Virus record (IMG/VR): IMGVR_UViG_3300042549_001726
Span: 1-26,675 of that record
Origin: a virus
Lineage: Duplodnaviria > Caudoviricetes
DNA: 26,675 bases
Strand: one strand, 5' to 3'
Shown here: in pieces, positions 23,744-26,675 of the stretch
Numbering within the stretch: the stretch's first letter is position 1
Layout: each line of letters opens with the position of its first letter
The notes under the pieces: model-generated
The model's database searches: none
Seen by the model: the letters and a program-made list of their open reading frames with translations, nothing else
What the model was told of the DNA's origin: nothing
Made by a program: the position numbers and the translations under genes

Positions 23744-26675
23744 TAGTTACCCTTTTCAATAAGCCCTCTACGGGCAAGTTCTTTAAGCAAATCGGCGGTA
23801 TCAAACTGTTTTCCAATTATGGTTCCACGCTCCTCACGCTCACCTACTTCACGCACAGGAACACCAAACTCACTCAACCATGAACTGGCTGTTCGTTCCT
23901 GATAAGTTGGTTTACCACCAAGAAGCCCACCAGCAAGACGCTGAATCTTAGCGATAGTAGGAATAGCGTTACCAATACTGTAAGAAACAAACGGGTCAAG
24001 TTCTGTTTTACCATCAGCATTGACACGAGCAAGAGGTCCCTGACTAAACGGAAGCCCCGTATCGCCCAGTACCTTCTTACTGATTTCCGCTATCAACCTG
24101 TCCAAGCCTTTAGCCTCGTCATATTTGTCTGTAAATGGAACACCATTAGACATTTGTTTACGAGCAATCATTTCAAAAGGCAATTTATATGTAGGATACA
24201 TTTGACCAATTAGTTTAGTTGGACTAGCAAATGCCTCTGCCTGCTGTTGCAGGCGAGTCATTGGTAGGTCAGGAGTAAGAAGCCATTTACCAGCCAGACC
24301 CATAGGACCCTTTTCCTTTAACCATTCAGGCATAATCACATCAGAACTAACAGGATTTCGCTCTTTAATGTTTTCGTATTGAATGTAAGCCTTGGGGCGG
24401 TAAATTTGCTCAGTCATTTGCAGTGGAATGTTTCGTGTAGTCCAAATCCAAAACGGAACAAACTTCTTTGCCGTTTCATCCACCTTGGACAAATCGCTAT
24501 AATCAAAATGGTAGCGAGTAACACGATAGATAGCCTCATCATAAGACAAGCCACGCTTCATAGTGTCTAAAGCCATAGGGAACCGTGCTGCTCGTTCTGT
24601 AAAGTCGTTACCCTTACCAGCGGTACGGGTAAACCAGTTATCCATAGTCTTGTTATAAATTTTTGAAGCACGACTGCCTTTAAGTAAAGGCTGAGTTGCT
24701 ATTTCACTTTGCAATCCACGACCTGTAGCGTCAACAGCCCGAAGTGCTGTTTCATAAATTTCTCGCATAGCAGGGTCAACAATACCTAATTCGTCAAGCC
24801 ATTTTTCAGGTCCATGCTTAGCCAAGAACCCCATAGCCTTAACACCTTCACCGATGTTATCCACACCAACACCAGCAACATAATTCATGAATGTTGAAGA
24901 AATAGCGTTACGAGTTATAAACCCAACACTCATTGTTGCATAAACTTTAAAGAACTGGTGATACTTCATCATTATGTCACGCAGTGCGTTTTGGTTTGCT
25001 CTAGTTTTTAACTTGTCAATTTGTGGACGAGCAATATCATAAAAATCTGGTGGCACTTCAATACCAAGACCATCACCCAAAGCCTTCCAACCCTGAGTAA
25101 AGTCATCCTTTAATATGCCTCCAATAGCACCACTCATTGCTAAAGCAAGTTCGTTATCAGCCATAGGAATCAATGTTGAATCCAACAAAGCCAACTGTGC
25201 CTCATCAGCATGCAACTGAGTAACAACACGCTCCCAAGCCCTCGCTTCGGGAGTGTCACCCATCTTAGGAATGTTGTTCATCGTGTCACGAACCTTGTCA
25301 GCCCACTTACGGGCAGAGGTACCAGCAGCACCATCAGGTGCATCCGTAGCGATAGCCTGACGCACAAGGTCAATGTCAGCCTGTAGGGCTGCACCAGTGT
25401 TCTCACCCCAGTTTTCCAACACCTTACGCTGGTCCAGCAAAGTACTCAATCGTTCTTCCTGAACCAATTTACGAATACGCAATTTCTCAGCATCACCAGC
25501 ACCAATATTACCAATACGAACCTCTAAGTCAGCAACAAGATTATTAATCTTGGTTTCTTTCTCGTTAAGAATAGAAATAGCCTTCTCACGAGTAACTTCA
25601 ATCTTTTTACCACGATAAGGAATGGTAACAGTTTTAAAAGCCTCATAATCTTTCCAAGCCCTATCAGCCTCTTTCATACGACGAGAAGCCTCACGCTTAA
25701 CAACACCCATTTTCCCAGCAACACTACGAACCTGCGTCTGTGCAGCATCCCTCATAGTTAAAGCATCCTGCAAAATTCTGCCCTCAGTTGTAATAGCATC
25801 CAACTTTTCAATAGCCCCAAGAGAAGCAGAAACATAATCAGAATTAGCAACCGACTGCATTAACTCGTCAGTAGTGCGAAACACAGGAGAAGTAGTACCA
25901 TCAACAAGACTAGCATCTACCGCATCTTTACCATACTGCTTAGAATAAGAAAATCCATCAGGAAGCATAATTGAATAAGCACCATCAGCCAACGGGTTGT
26001 CCAAGCCGTATAACACGCCTGATGGAAGCAACAGGGGTTTCCCTGTTGCACCCATTCCTTCTTCAACCATTGCCCGCATAAAGTCCTGCATCATTTGGTC
26101 GCCAACATAATCAGAGTTTTCTAAACCAAGTTCAGCCGCTGCATCTTTAAAGTTTTGACGAACAACATCAAATGATTCATTAAGGAAATCATCAGCGACA
26201 ACACCCAACTCAAACTTTTGTGAACTCAAACCAGCGATACTGGCTTGCAGTTCTGACAATGCAGGATAAACCTGTTCAAACATTGGGTCAATCTGACCTG
26301 ACTGAAGCATCTCATTCCATGAATCAACAAACACACCATCAGCATCAACACCTGACTGTCGTAAAGCAAAACCCGCTGCTTCACCAACACCACCAGCAGG
26401 GTCCCAGAAATCATAATAATGTTCTGGCTTACGCATGTCATGCATAGAAGCAGTAGGGATAGCGTGTGCGCCGACAGAACGACCATCCTGCATAAACGCA
26501 TTCTGAATAGCAGACATTTCATCTGTAGTCATATCAGCGTTACCCGCAACCATTGGGCGTGTAGAAATTACACGACCAAGTGGCTCAGCATTAGGGTCAA
26601 AAGGACGAGCAACCAAATCATCATAGGTTCCATAAAGAAAACCATCCTCTGAATAGTCAGCGGCATAACGAACAT
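23743..26675 (-). CDS. Giant virion/internal (ejection-type) protein, C-terminal part; 5' end lies beyond the window
   Basis: Frame stays open from 26616 to the window edge (VRYAADYSEDGFLYGTYDDL...). Helical; GF..RN.I, E...RF, FDYS.LS..D...K.FVPFW.W..RNIP motifs typical of large podoviral internal proteins. Confidence 0.75.
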   Translation of the reverse strand, partial: VRYAADYSEDGFLYGTYDDLVARPFDPNAEPLGRVISTRPMVAGNADMTTDEMSAIQNAFMQDGRSVGAHAIPTASMHDMRKPEHYYDFWDPAGGVGEAAGFALRQSGVDADGVFVDSWNEMLQSGQIDPMFEQVYPALSELQASIAGLSSQKFELGVVADDFLNESFDVVRQNFKDAAAELGLENSDYVGDQMMQDFMRAMVEEGMGATGKPLLLPSGVLYGLDNPLADGAYSIMLPDGFSYSKQYGKDAVDASLVDGTTSPVFRTTDELMQSVANSDYVSASLGAIEKLDAITTEGRILQDALTMRDAAQTQVRSVAGKMGVVKREASRRMKEADRAWKDYEAFKTVTIPYRGKKIEVTREKAISILNEKETKINNLVADLEVRIGNIGAGDAEKLRIRKLVQEERLSTLLDQRKVLENWGENTGAALQADIDLVRQAIATDAPDGAAGTSARKWADKVRDTMNNIPKMGDTPEARAWERVVTQLHADEAQLALLDSTLIPMADNELALAMSGAIGGILKDDFTQGWKALGDGLGIEVPPDFYDIARPQIDKLKTRANQNALRDIMMKYHQFFKVYATMSVGFITRNAISSTFMNYVAGVGVDNIGEGVKAMGFLAKHGPEKWLDELGIVDPAMREIYETALRAVDATGRGLQSEIATQPLLKGSRASKIYNKTMDNWFTRTAGKGNDFTERAARFPMALDTMKRGLSYDEAIYRVTRYHFDYSDLSKVDETAKKFVPFWIWTTRNIPLQMTEQIYRPKAYIQYENIKERNPVSSDVIMPEWLKEKGPMGLAGKWLLTPDLPMTRLQQQAEAFASPTKLIGQMYPTYKLPFEMIARKQMSNGVPFTDKYDEAKGLDRLIAEISKKVLGDTGLPFSQGPLARVNADGKTELDPFVSYSIGNAIPTIAKIQRLAGGLLGGKPTYQERTASSWLSEFGVPVREVGEREERGTIIGKQFDTADLLKELARRGLIEKGN

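Noticed and set aside
26614-26616. TTG at 26616 as the start of the 957-aa protein
   Set aside because: The frame stays open to the window edge, so the true start lies outside the window.

Overview
A 26.7-kb piece of a tailed dsDNA bacteriophage genome, probably a lytic podovirus-like phage. An actinobacterial host is inferred only from the holin and small-protein types and is not proven. There are three blocks. (1) 1-10228, minus strand, late/morphogenesis genes in transcription order: small terminase, a tiny Zn-ribbon ORF, an inserted fibre cassette (BppU-like adaptor, GPT-collagen/tail-collar/HxH-needle fibre, fibre chaperone, TPR-GT2 glycosyltransferase), large terminase, small membrane/holin and Lys-rich genes (one ADP-ribosyltransferase-like), portal, scaffold and the start of the major capsid gene. 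(2) 10430-23304, plus strand: three small genes and tRNA-Asn, a G/C-tract region that may be a genome end or origin, a ~420-nt densely folded non-coding leader, early genes (MoxR/CobS-like AAA plus VWA-like partner) and a replication/recombination module (PD-(D/E)XK exonuclease, DnaB-like helicase, AEP primase, RusA, sigma-r4-like HTH). (3) 23276-end, minus strand: the C-terminal part of a giant virion protein and an M15 peptidase endolysin. The strongest unexplained signals are: a co-varying hairpin that holds the Shine-Dalgarno (TGGAG loop) before six early genes, with an extra copy inside a tRNA-like element of the leader; a compact RGAACA-N7-YAT-N4-A motif directly abutting late start codons; and two adjacent genes that share an MAAKKKP..G..DDIIK leader, one fused to an ART-like domain. 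All product calls come from motif recognition by eye; no database search was run.
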